The position numbers and the translations under genes are program-made. The notes under the pieces are model-generated. The model was not told the DNA's origin and searched no databases. It saw only the letters and a program-made list of their open reading frames with translations. From assembly GCA_963717065.1 (NCBI GenBank), contig CAVQVC010000001.1, forward strand, positions 2,055,546 through 2,119,545: a DNA stretch of 64,000 nt. Reading direction: 5' to 3'. This document shows positions 32,994-43,456 of the stretch, one piece after another. This DNA is from an uncultured Chloroflexia bacterium. Its GTDB lineage: Bacteria > Chloroflexota > Dehalococcoidia > SM23-28-2 > RBG-16-64-32. Within the stretch, counting starts at the first letter, position 1. Each line of letters starts with the position of its first letter.

Positions 32994-33154
32994 AGGTCAC
33001 CTCTTCCCACTCGTTCAGCTTAAGGAGTTTCGCCCATCGCAATCAGAGCCGAAAAGACCAGGTTGAGAAGGCCGGGTGACCCATTCATTCGACCAACGAA
33101 CGTTGGGGGTACGACAGCCAAGCCGGTCGACCCGCGACTCTGGCGGCCCCAGCG

Positions 33155-34021
33155 CTACGGAGCAGGTGGCGCCGGCGGCTCCCAGACGTACTGCTGGCCG
33201 GTGGCGACGGCGTGCATCAGCGCTTCGAGGTCAACCTGCGTGGGCTGGGGCGGCGGCTCCAGCGAGGGGAGCTTGCGGATGGTGTCGAACGCCTGCCCAA
33301 TCTGCGGCCGTTTGATCACCGGCGTGTGGCAGGCGGCGATGACCTCGATGTCCAGCTTCTGGACGCGGTCGACATGGCGCTCAAACTTCTCGGCGTCGAG
33401 TAGCTTGAACCAGGGGCTATTCATGCAGTTGAAAAGCTCGAGTCCACCCTTCCATTCCTCCGCGGGCAGTGCGCTGATGTCGTCCAGCGGCCCGGGAAGC
33501 GGCGTCGCAAACGTGTCGACGGCCCAGTAGACGCCGGTGCGGTCGTCGTATAGTCCGCGCGTCACGGGCGAGTCGAAGAGCGGGGGCGTGATCGCCGTCA
33601 GGGTGCGATCGCCGGCCTTCCATGAGTCGCCGTCGTTAACCCAGCGCATGCGGTCCATCGGGAAGTTGAACTCGCAGCCGTGGCGCTCCGTGAGGAACCA
33701 GGTCACAACGAGCGTGGCGTTCGGGCAGGCCTCCATGACCTGCGGCAGGTTGCCGGCGTGGTCAACGTCGTCGTGCGTGAGGAATATCCAGCGGACGTCG
33801 CCGGGATCAACGATCGAGAATACGTCCTTCAGCCACTGTTCGCGGTTGGCGGGTGTCCCCGTGTCGACGATGATGGACTCTGGGCCCTTGATAACGAGCG
33901 AGTTGAGATAGACGAACAGGGGGCCGATGGCGGCTTCCTGCAACTGTTGAATGAGCCATGTGTCATCGGCGACCTTGATAGGCGGGTGATGGACGGCGGG
34001 TTTAACAGGGGCGAACGACAT
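33155..34021 (-). CDS. Metallo-beta-lactamase fold protein (FprA/ODP-like di-iron domain)
   Basis: VDTG, FLTHDDVDHAGNL, PPLFDSP, WAVDTF and ACH. Confidence 0.85.
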   Translation of the reverse strand: MSFAPVKPAVHHPPIKVADDTWLIQQLQEAAIGPLFVYLNSLVIKGPESIIVDTGTPANREQWLKDVFSIVDPGDVRWIFLTHDDVDHAGNLPQVMEACPNATLVVTWFLTERHGCEFNFPMDRMRWVNDGDSWKAGDRTLTAITPPLFDSPVTRGLYDDRTGVYWAVDTFATPLPGPLDDISALPAEEWKGGLELFNCMNSPWFKLLDAEKFERHVDRVQKLDIEVIAACHTPVIKRPQIGQAFDTIRKLPSLEPPPQPTQVDLEALMHAVATGQQYVWEPPAPPAP

Positions 34022-34060
34022 GATTAACCTCCTGAGGTGTGAGTGCGCGGGCCGAGTATA

Positions 34061-34783
34061 TCAGAGGGAGGCGTTGAACCGGGGCGCAGTTGGCTGCGCA
34101 CTCCGGCCCGGCCTGGCCACGGCGAGCAGGTTCGGGCGTACGATGATCATCGGCGGTACCGGCGGGAGGTGCGTCAGCCGATCAGCCCGCACGACCTCGA
34201 AGCCGGCTTCCCGTACAAAGCGCTCAGTGTCGCGGTTGGGGTGGCATCCCGCCCCGAACCAGTTCCAAACCGGATTCGCGATGTCCTGCGCAAACGCTCC
34301 CGCACGATTGGCGTAGCGCACGTGCTCGTAGAGGCGGAACTCCCCGCCCGGCCGGAGCACACGTTTGACCTCCGCCAGCGCCCTGCGCGGATCGCGCACG
34401 CTGCACAGGACCAGCGTATCCACTACGAAGTCGAAGCTGGCGTCCTCGAACGGCAGATCCTCCGCCGACGCCTGCCGCAACTCGATCGCTGCCGCCGCTT
34501 CCGCGGCCCGCGGGCGGGCGCGCTCCAGCATGTACGGGTCGGGTTCAATGGCCACGACACGCGCGCCCTTAGGGTAGTGCCGGAAATTTGCCCCCGTTCC
34601 CGCTCCGATCTCCAGGACATCACCCGAGACATCCCCCAGCATCTCCGCCCGCACGGCGCCGAAGAACTTCTTCTCCTGCGACGCCATCATCCGGTCGTAG
34701 ATCGCCGCGAACCACTTGTGTCCCTTCATCGCCTTCTCCTTCCGCTCGTGGAACCGGTCCGCGGCATCGCCGCGTCGTGTCAT
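34061..34783 (-). CDS. Class I SAM-dependent methyltransferase (METTL7-like)
   Basis: VLEIGAGTGAN, LPFEDASFD, TLVLCSV, YEHV and GCHPNRDT. Confidence 0.9.
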   Translation of the reverse strand: MTRRGDAADRFHERKEKAMKGHKWFAAIYDRMMASQEKKFFGAVRAEMLGDVSGDVLEIGAGTGANFRHYPKGARVVAIEPDPYMLERARPRAAEAAAAIELRQASAEDLPFEDASFDFVVDTLVLCSVRDPRRALAEVKRVLRPGGEFRLYEHVRYANRAGAFAQDIANPVWNWFGAGCHPNRDTERFVREAGFEVVRADRLTHLPPVPPMIIVRPNLLAVARPGRSAQPTAPRFNASL

Positions 34784-35217
34784 TCCTCTGCCAGCGTCTT
34801 CCGAATCTGCTCGGCGTGCTCGCGATCGTGGCTCGCCACATTCTCCAGGATACTGAGCACGCTGTATTCCTCGTGCCCTATCTTTTGCAGCCGGTAGAAG
34901 TCCTTCTCCTCGACAGTGGAGACCGCGTCCAGCAGTCCGGCGCGAGTCGCGTCCAAGGATGAGACGACCACGTCCGCTGTGTTCAGATCACCGTTTTGGA
35001 CGGCAACAGCCGGGTGGCCGTTGAACACGGAGATGAGCTGGGTGTAGATCCGCTCCGAGTCACGAACATGCTCTAGGATTCGCGACACGGGCCAGCTCCC
35101 GCGCCGCGCTCGCCCCAGGTCCTTCGGCGATAGGTTCTTGACCACTGCCTCGAATTCGGACCGCGCCTCGCCCAGCTCTTGCATCAAATCGGCCTTGTCG
35201 GACTCGAATTGGCTCAT
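34780..35217 (-). CDS. DinB family protein
   Basis: WPVSRILEHV and HDREHAEQI His motifs. Confidence 0.8.
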   Translation of the reverse strand: MSQFESDKADLMQELGEARSEFEAVVKNLSPKDLGRARRGSWPVSRILEHVRDSERIYTQLISVFNGHPAVAVQNGDLNTADVVVSSLDATRAGLLDAVSTVEEKDFYRLQKIGHEEYSVLSILENVASHDREHAEQIRKTLAEE

Positions 35218-35223
35218 CGTGAC

Positions 35224-36009
35224 CTACCGTCCCTTCGTCGCCGCGATGGTCAAGCCACGCGTCTCAAACGCCGCCGCGGATGACTCGTGCTTCGATCCCG
35301 AGAACACGTCTATCTGCTCGCCCCAGCGCACGCCGGAGAACCCGGAGTGCTCCAGCGCCCATTCCCACTCTGCTTCCAGCAGAGCACCGGCTATTCAGTC
35401 ACGCCAGAGGTCGATGTCGGCTTTCGCATCGTCCGGCACCACCTTGTGCACCACGATGTCGCCGGCCTGAAGCCGTCCTCCGGGCTTCAGGACGCGGTTG
35501 ACCTCCTGCAGCACCGCCATCTTGTCCGGACAGAGGTTGATCACCCCGTTGCTGATCACGACGTCGATCGAGCTGTCAGCCACTGGCAGGGCCTCCGCGT
35601 AAGCCTCGCGGAACTCGACGTTCGTAATTCCCGCTTCGCGGGCGCCTGCTTCAGCCTTTTCCAGCATCGCCGGCGTCATGTCAACGCTGATCACCCGTCC
35701 CGATGCACCGACCTGGCGCGCCGCAATCAAGCTATCGAGCCCCGCGCCACAACCGACGTCCAGCACCGTCTCGCCAGGCGTCAGATCACCCATAGAGAAC
35801 GGATTGCCGGTGCCTGCAAACGACTCGACGGTCCCTGCGGGCAGCGAGTCGATGACTGATTCCGGATAGCGGAGCATCATTGCCAAGGGCTTACCAGTGT
35901 GAAAGTGCGCCCCCTTCTCGGGCTCATTAGCGACTTCCGTGTACTTCTCGCTGATCTGACCACGCAGAGCGTCCGTGTCGACGTCCACGCGCTTCACCTC
36001 GATCGTCAT
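35224..36009 (-). CDS. Arsenite methyltransferase (ArsM)-like protein with predicted selenocysteine at in-frame UGA 35395-35397
   Basis: SFAGTGNP, LDVGCGAGLD, ISNGVINLCPDK and DLWRD-[TGA]-IAGAL...; the frame stays open for 56 sense codons to TAG at 35224-35226; hairpin follows the UGA. Confidence 0.85.
35367..35385 (-). promoter_or_regulatory. Candidate bacterial SECIS hairpin
   Basis: mRNA UGA-AUAGCCGGU-GCUCUGCU-GGA-AGCAGAGU: stem starts about 10 nt after the UGA, with G in a small apical loop. Confidence 0.65.
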
Positions 36010-36671
36010 TTAACACCTCCCAATACGGGCCTACCTTCGCTCTGCCACTCCGGCCAACCGCCGTCCAGCCGCACAACGTCGAATCCATTTGCGAGGAGAA
36101 GAGCCGCGGCTTCGTCCGCCAGAAGGCAGTACAGGCCGCGGCAATAGGCTATGATTCGCCGGTCACGTGGGAGTTGATCGAGAGAATCCGGAAGGTCCTC
36201 GAGCGGAATATTGATGGCACCACGTAAGTGTCCGGCCTCGAACTCCGGTCGTGGCCTCACATCCAGCAGCACGGCGTTCTGCCGCGACAGGGACGCGGCT
36301 TCGTCACGAGATACCACGTTGCCCTCGTCTCTCGTCGAATGGAATTCTTGCGCGAGCTGCTGCATTTCTGCGAGGCGCGACTCCGCGACGCCTCGCAGCG
36401 CTACCGAGAGGTTCATCACAGACGGATCGGCAAGACGGTAAATGATCATGTTGCCCTTCCTCTCCGATTCGACGAGACGCGCCGCACGCAATATCTGCAG
36501 GTGTTGCGAAGAGTTAGCGACGGACATTCCCGTATCCTGGGCGAGAGCATCAACGTGGCGTGGGCTCTGGGAGAGGATGTCGAGTAGCTCGAGGCGCTTC
36601 GCGCTGGCGAGCGCCTGCGCCACGCGAGCGAATTGGGGGTACATTTCGTCCTTGAATCTGCGCTGGCTCAT
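36006..36671 (-). CDS. ArsR-family regulator with C-terminal rhodanese domain
   Basis: ALASAKRLELL, SQHLQILR, LLDVRP..EF..GHL.GA and YCRGLYC. Confidence 0.92.
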   Translation of the reverse strand: MSQRRFKDEMYPQFARVAQALASAKRLELLDILSQSPRHVDALAQDTGMSVANSSQHLQILRAARLVESERKGNMIIYRLADPSVMNLSVALRGVAESRLAEMQQLAQEFHSTRDEGNVVSRDEAASLSRQNAVLLDVRPRPEFEAGHLRGAINIPLEDLPDSLDQLPRDRRIIAYCRGLYCLLADEAAALLLANGFDVVRLDGGWPEWQSEGRPVLGGVK

Positions 36672-36677
36672 TGACGT

Positions 36678-36720
36678 AGTATGGCGACAAGAACCGGGTC
36701 TCGTCAACTATTCGCTTGAA
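36678..36720 (-). promoter_or_regulatory. Leaderless promoter of the ArsR operon with an overlapping inverted repeat
   Basis: Minus strand TTGACG (36707-36702), 18 nt, CATACT (36683-36678), 6 nt, ATG; TCAA-N8-TTGA at 36704-36719 overlaps the -35. Confidence 0.6.
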
Positions 36721-36777
36721 TTCTAGACCACAATCCAGGCGCCACAACGATCGGATGTCCGTGTGCAACATCAGACG

Positions 36778-36831
36778 TTGACAAACGAACGTTTGATAGA
36801 CTACAACTGAACCGACACAAACGCTCGTTTG
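36778..36831 (+). promoter_or_regulatory. TetR promoter with two CAAACG-N2-CGTTTG operators
   Basis: TTGACA 36778-36783, TACAAC 36802-36807; operators at 36782-36795 and 36818-36831. Confidence 0.82.
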
Positions 36832-36891
36832 CCTGCCCTGAGACTATCTAGCTCACACCCATTTTTGCGAAACAAACTCGCTCAGAATGAG

Positions 36892-37532
36892 ATGACAGCC
36901 GCCACAGCCACCGCCGTAGCAGCCGCCGACAGCCGCACGACGCGCGACCAGATACTTGACGCGGCGGAGCGGCTGTTCGCGCAGCGCGGATTCGCGGGGG
37001 TGTCGATGCGGGACATCGTGGCGGAGACCGACCTGCGCAACCAGGCGAGCCTGTACCACCACTTTCGCAACAAGAAGGCGCTCTACGAAGCGGTGCTGCA
37101 GCGCGGGCTGGACGGCATCCTGATGCTGATGCCAGGGCCGGGGACGGCGACCAGCGTGGGGCCGAACATCGACAGGCTGCTGGATTACCTCTCGATGCAC
37201 CCGCACCTGGCGCAGCTCATCCAGCGGGCGTCGATGGACGACAGCCGCTACCTGAAGAAGGCGATCAACTCTCTGCTGCGACCGGTGTACTCGCAGGGGC
37301 GGCGCGCGCTCACAGGCGCGGACCAGATCTGGGAGGCGGACGAGATACCGCACCTGGCGGCGGGGCTGTACCTGCTGATCTTCGGCTACTTCGCGAACGC
37401 GGACCTGCTGAAGACGGTGGTGGGGCAGGACCCGCTGAGCCCGGAGGCGGTGGACCGCCAGCGCCGCTTCCTCAAGGTCGCGATTGCGAAACTGCTCGGC
37501 ATCGAAGCTTCCGGCGACGGAAGGAGAAGCCG

Positions 37533-37536
<4 letters not shown>
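36892..37536 (+). CDS. TetR/AcrR family transcriptional regulator
   Basis: TRDQILDAAERLFAQRGFAGVSMRDI...SLYHHFRNKKALY. Confidence 0.93.
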
Positions 37537-39551
<2,015 letters not shown>

Positions 39552-39606
39552 CGGAGTCATGCATCGTGGGGCGAACGAATCCACGTAAGGACCAGGAGAA
39601 CGTCAG

Positions 39607-40729
39607 ATGAACAGGAGACTTGCGGACGAATTCGGGATAGAGTTCCCGATCTTTGCCTTCAGCCATTGCCGTGACGTGGTCGCGGCGGTGAGCCGCGCCG
39701 GGGGGTTCGGCGTGCTCGGGGCGCTGGCGTTTAGCACGGAGCAGCTCGAGATCGAGCTGAACTGGATCGACGAGCACGTCGACGGCAAGCCCTACGGCGT
39801 GGACATCGTGATGCCGGCGACGATCGCTGGGCGGCGACCTCTCGTCGCTGAAGAACATGATCCCGCCGCAGCACAAGCAGTTCGTCGACGACCTGATGAA
39901 GAAGTACGAGGTGCCTGATCTGCCCGACGGCGAAGGCTCCTGGGACGGGCTCCTGGGCTGGGTGCATGACACCGCTCGAAGCCAGGTGGACGTGGCGCTG
40001 CAGCACCCGATCAAGCTGATTGCGAACGCGCTGGGGACACCGCCGCGGGACGTGCTGGACAAGGTGCACGAGCACGGCATCAAGGTGGCGGCGCTCGTAG
40101 GAACGGCGGCGCAGGCGCGGACGCAGGTGGAGGCGGGGACCGACATCATCGTCGCGCAGGGGACGGAGGCGGGAGGTCATACCGGCGAGATCGCCACCAT
40201 GGTGCTTGTGCCGGAAGTGGTGGACGCGATCAGTCCGACGCCGGTGCTGGCGGCGGGCGGCATCGGCAGCGGCCGGCAGATGGCGGCGGCGATGGCTCTC
40301 GGCGCCGACGGCGTCTGGACGGGCTCCATCTGGCTGACGGTGCGCGAGGCGGACACGAGCGAGGTCGTCGTCGACAAGCTGCTTCACGCCGGGTCGCGAG
40401 ACACCGTGCGCTCGCGATCGTGGACGGGAAAGCCGGCGCGCTTCCTAAAGACGGCCTGGACGGAGGAATGGGACAGCCCCGAGTCGCCGGGGGCCCTCCA
40501 GATGCCGCTCCAGTACATGCTGATCGCCGACGCCCAGCGCCGCGTCATGCGCGCGAAAGAGGGTACGAAGGCAGCACAGCTCGCGGGGATGCCCGTTGGC
40601 CAGATCGTCGGGCGCATGAACGCCGTCCGCTCCGCCCGCGACGTGATCTTCGACATCGTGACGGAGTACGTGGAGTCGGTGGAGCGGATGAGCGCGGAAC
40701 TGCCCAAGGTGGAGGAGCAGGCTCGGTAG
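39607..40729 (+). CDS. Nitronate monooxygenase/FabK-like FMN oxidoreductase; frameshift near 39830
   Basis: PIFAFSHCRDVV, QGTEAGGH, LAAGGIGSG and GVWTGS. Confidence 0.88.
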
Positions 40730-40735
40730 GGCCGG

Positions 40736-41476
40736 TCATGAACCAACATACTCAACGGCCTGCGTCCATCGATCAAAGGCTTCCATGTCTTCGGCCGCGA
40801 TCTGGTCGTTGAACGGGTTGACGATACCCGTGTCAGCATTCACTGTGCGCTTGGACCGCTCGTTTATTAACAGGATGTAGTTGGCCCCCCAGCCAACTCC
40901 GTCAGCCGACATAAACGTGGCCGTCAGACCAGATAGGGGCTCCGGTTCCCAGTAGAGGACGTTCTGAAGACGAAGCTTTTCGCCGTTCGGGCTACTGCTC
41001 GAGTAGGGCCAGGGTAACTGATCGACGGATGGCTTGGGTTCGATCCTTATACTGGCGATTATTTCGTCAAACAGGGATACCTCTGGGTCTAAGATCTTCT
41101 TGAAGTAGACCTCTCCCACGGTCGAATCGATCACAATGACTGATTCACCCGCTGAGATGCGAAACACAGGTGCCGTCCGTGAGGGGTCGAAACCGGTCGT
41201 CCAACGACCGACAGAGACATCGGAGCTGCTCGGGACGATCAGGACGACGTTTGCCCACCGGTAGGCCGTCCCCTCAATGGGAGTTGCCGTTGGGACTGGA
41301 CTGAGGGATGGTTCAGGAGTTGACGTGGACAAGCTTGTCGTACCGGGTTCATTTGTTGGACGGTCGGTTGCGGCTTGCGAGGTATCCTCCTCGGTTTGCC
41401 CGCAGGAGGTGAGTCCGGCCGCAAGCGTCAGCAGCGTGAACGCCGCAGCAACGCGTGAGACCGTCAAGCGGGTCAT
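40736..41476 (-). CDS. Hypothetical lipoprotein
   Basis: Lipobox LTSC after a hydrophobic stretch; P/T/S-rich linker. Confidence 0.65.
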   Translation of the reverse strand: MTRLTVSRVAAAFTLLTLAAGLTSCGQTEEDTSQAATDRPTNEPGTTSLSTSTPEPSLSPVPTATPIEGTAYRWANVVLIVPSSSDVSVGRWTTGFDPSRTAPVFRISAGESVIVIDSTVGEVYFKKILDPEVSLFDEIIASIRIEPKPSVDQLPWPYSSSSPNGEKLRLQNVLYWEPEPLSGLTATFMSADGVGWGANYILLINERSKRTVNADTGIVNPFNDQIAAEDMEAFDRWTQAVEYVGS

Positions 41477-41535
41477 CTCAATCCCTCTGCGCCAATCATC
41501 GCGCGCTCGCACGAATTGTCAAGGTGTCTGGGATC

Positions 41536-42108
41536 CTAGCTCGTCATCCCACCCAGCCCAACCAGCGCGCGGCCGTGCTCGATCTCGCCCATGTGGCGCA
41601 GGCCGTGCTGGTAGACGAAGCACTCGAGGACGTCGAGCTTGCGCAGGGGTGCGCCGGGGCCAATGACGATTGCGCAGAAGATCTGCTGCATGTTCGGCGG
41701 CAGTTGCGGCAGGAGCACCTGGGACAGCGTCTCTTCGGTGAGAGCGTCGAGGACGCCGTTCGTGCGCTCGATGACGGCCCTCTGGAAGGCGCGCCAGGCG
41801 TCGAAGTCGGCGAAGCGGAGGTTCTCCATCTGCTCGACGGTCTCCTCGCGGCCGAGGGCGTCGACGGTGACGCCCACCTTCTGCGCCCAGCCCTGGCTGT
41901 CCCAGAGCGTGGGGCCGCCTAGAAAGGGGCCGCTGATCGACTGGTCCTGGGCGCGCATGAAGTGGCTGAGGCTGAAGGCGATGGGCAGCACTCCGGCGCG
42001 CTCGTGGTGGTTGACTTGCTCGAGCGTCATGTCGGAGACGGCGCGCTCGTAGACGGTGTTCATAGCGCGGATGCGGTTGCGGAGCGACTGGACGAACATT
42101 TCGGACAT
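41536..42108 (-). CDS. DinB family protein
   Basis: PIAFSLSHF and QHGLRHMGEI His motifs. Confidence 0.75.
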   Translation of the reverse strand: MSEMFVQSLRNRIRAMNTVYERAVSDMTLEQVNHHERAGVLPIAFSLSHFMRAQDQSISGPFLGGPTLWDSQGWAQKVGVTVDALGREETVEQMENLRFADFDAWRAFQRAVIERTNGVLDALTEETLSQVLLPQLPPNMQQIFCAIVIGPGAPLRKLDVLECFVYQHGLRHMGEIEHGRALVGLGGMTS

Positions 42109-42123
42109 TGGCTGGCCTCCAGA

Positions 42124-43395
42124 CTATTCGATGAATGTGCGCGAAATCGTCGTAAACGTGCATGTGTAAACATCGCGGTTCCAGCCGGGGGACTGGAACA
42201 CCACCGACATCAAGGCGCTGCCGGTGGCGACGCGGCCCAGCTCTCGCCCGGACTCGATGTCCAGGACGGCGACGTGATCGGTGGTGTCGTCGAAGTCGTT
42301 GACGACGATCTCGCCGGTGTCGGGGTAAAGCAGGAAGTGGTTGCCGGCGTTGAACGGGTGCTGCCAGAGGCGCTCGAAGGCGCCGGGACCGCCGTAGCGG
42401 AAGGCGGCGATCAGGGCGTTGCCGCTGTCATAGGAGACGAGGATATTGCGCGAGGAATCGAAGAGGGGCGGGTTGACGATGGTGCCGCGGGGCGCGCCGA
42501 ACGGCGTGAACTCGTCGAAGTCGCTGGAATCGAGCGTCGAGACGCGGTGGACGCGGAGCGGGCCGGTCGCGATGCCGCCGCCCTTGAAGCTGCGCTGGTA
42601 GACGTTGTCACCGTTATCCATGAACCAGGCGTTATCGCCGGCGATCACCGGGTCCCAGCCGTATGAGCGTGAGGCGTCGCCGGGAGGCCGATAACGGTGC
42701 TCCCAGTCACGATCGCGTTCCAAAGAGCATGCCTCGTAGTTGTAACGGTAAATCGCGTGGTCGCCGACGATGTAGACGAACTCGCCGCCGGCGCTGATGT
42801 CGCGCGAGATGCGCGCGATCGAGCCTTCGGGCACCTCGATCTCTTCGCAGACCGGCGAGAGGTCGTCGGGAGAGAGCAGCGAGAAGTAGGAGCGGTTGCT
42901 CCCGTCGCACACGAAGTTCTTCATCACGAGGACTCCGTCGGACAGGGCGAGCAGGCTGTTGTACGGCTGCGGCTGCGGCAGTTCGCTGCTGGCGAGAAGG
43001 TCGCAACCGGTGTTCAGCTTGTGGCAGCAGCGTCCGTATGTCACATAGAGATAACCGTTGGTGTGCGCCATGATGCCACCGGCCCAGAAGGGGCCGCCGG
43101 GCAGGTCGGGGGAGCGGGCGAGCGGCTCCAACGTCACGGGATCGATGCGCTCGACCCAGGAGCGGCTGTCTGCTGAAGGCGGCGTGTTGCCCTGGAGGAA
43201 GACTTCGCCGGGCGCGCGGAGCACCACCATGTTGGCCATCATCGCCGAGCGCGAGGTCACCTTCAGGGTTTCACCCTCGCCGAGAGCCAGGCCCGGCGAG
43301 CGGGGAATCATCTGGCGGCGGGGGCCGCCGTCCTCTCCCGGAAAGGGGCTGTCGTAGTAGCCACGGACGGGTCCTGCGCTATCCAGGTCTGTCAT
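42124..43395 (-). CDS. Hypothetical protein, probable beta-propeller
   Basis: Long ORF with normal codon usage and repeated beta-rich segments (VLDIESGRELGRV, SPGWNRDVY). Confidence 0.6.
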   Translation of the reverse strand: MTDLDSAGPVRGYYDSPFPGEDGGPRRQMIPRSPGLALGEGETLKVTSRSAMMANMVVLRAPGEVFLQGNTPPSADSRSWVERIDPVTLEPLARSPDLPGGPFWAGGIMAHTNGYLYVTYGRCCHKLNTGCDLLASSELPQPQPYNSLLALSDGVLVMKNFVCDGSNRSYFSLLSPDDLSPVCEEIEVPEGSIARISRDISAGGEFVYIVGDHAIYRYNYEACSLERDRDWEHRYRPPGDASRSYGWDPVIAGDNAWFMDNGDNVYQRSFKGGGIATGPLRVHRVSTLDSSDFDEFTPFGAPRGTIVNPPLFDSSRNILVSYDSGNALIAAFRYGGPGAFERLWQHPFNAGNHFLLYPDTGEIVVNDFDDTTDHVAVLDIESGRELGRVATGSALMSVVFQSPGWNRDVYTCTFTTISRTFIE

Positions 43396-43456
43396 GGGTC
43401 GCATGATAGCCTACGTCACCGGCAACGACGGGCCGTCTCTGCGCTACAATCGCGTT

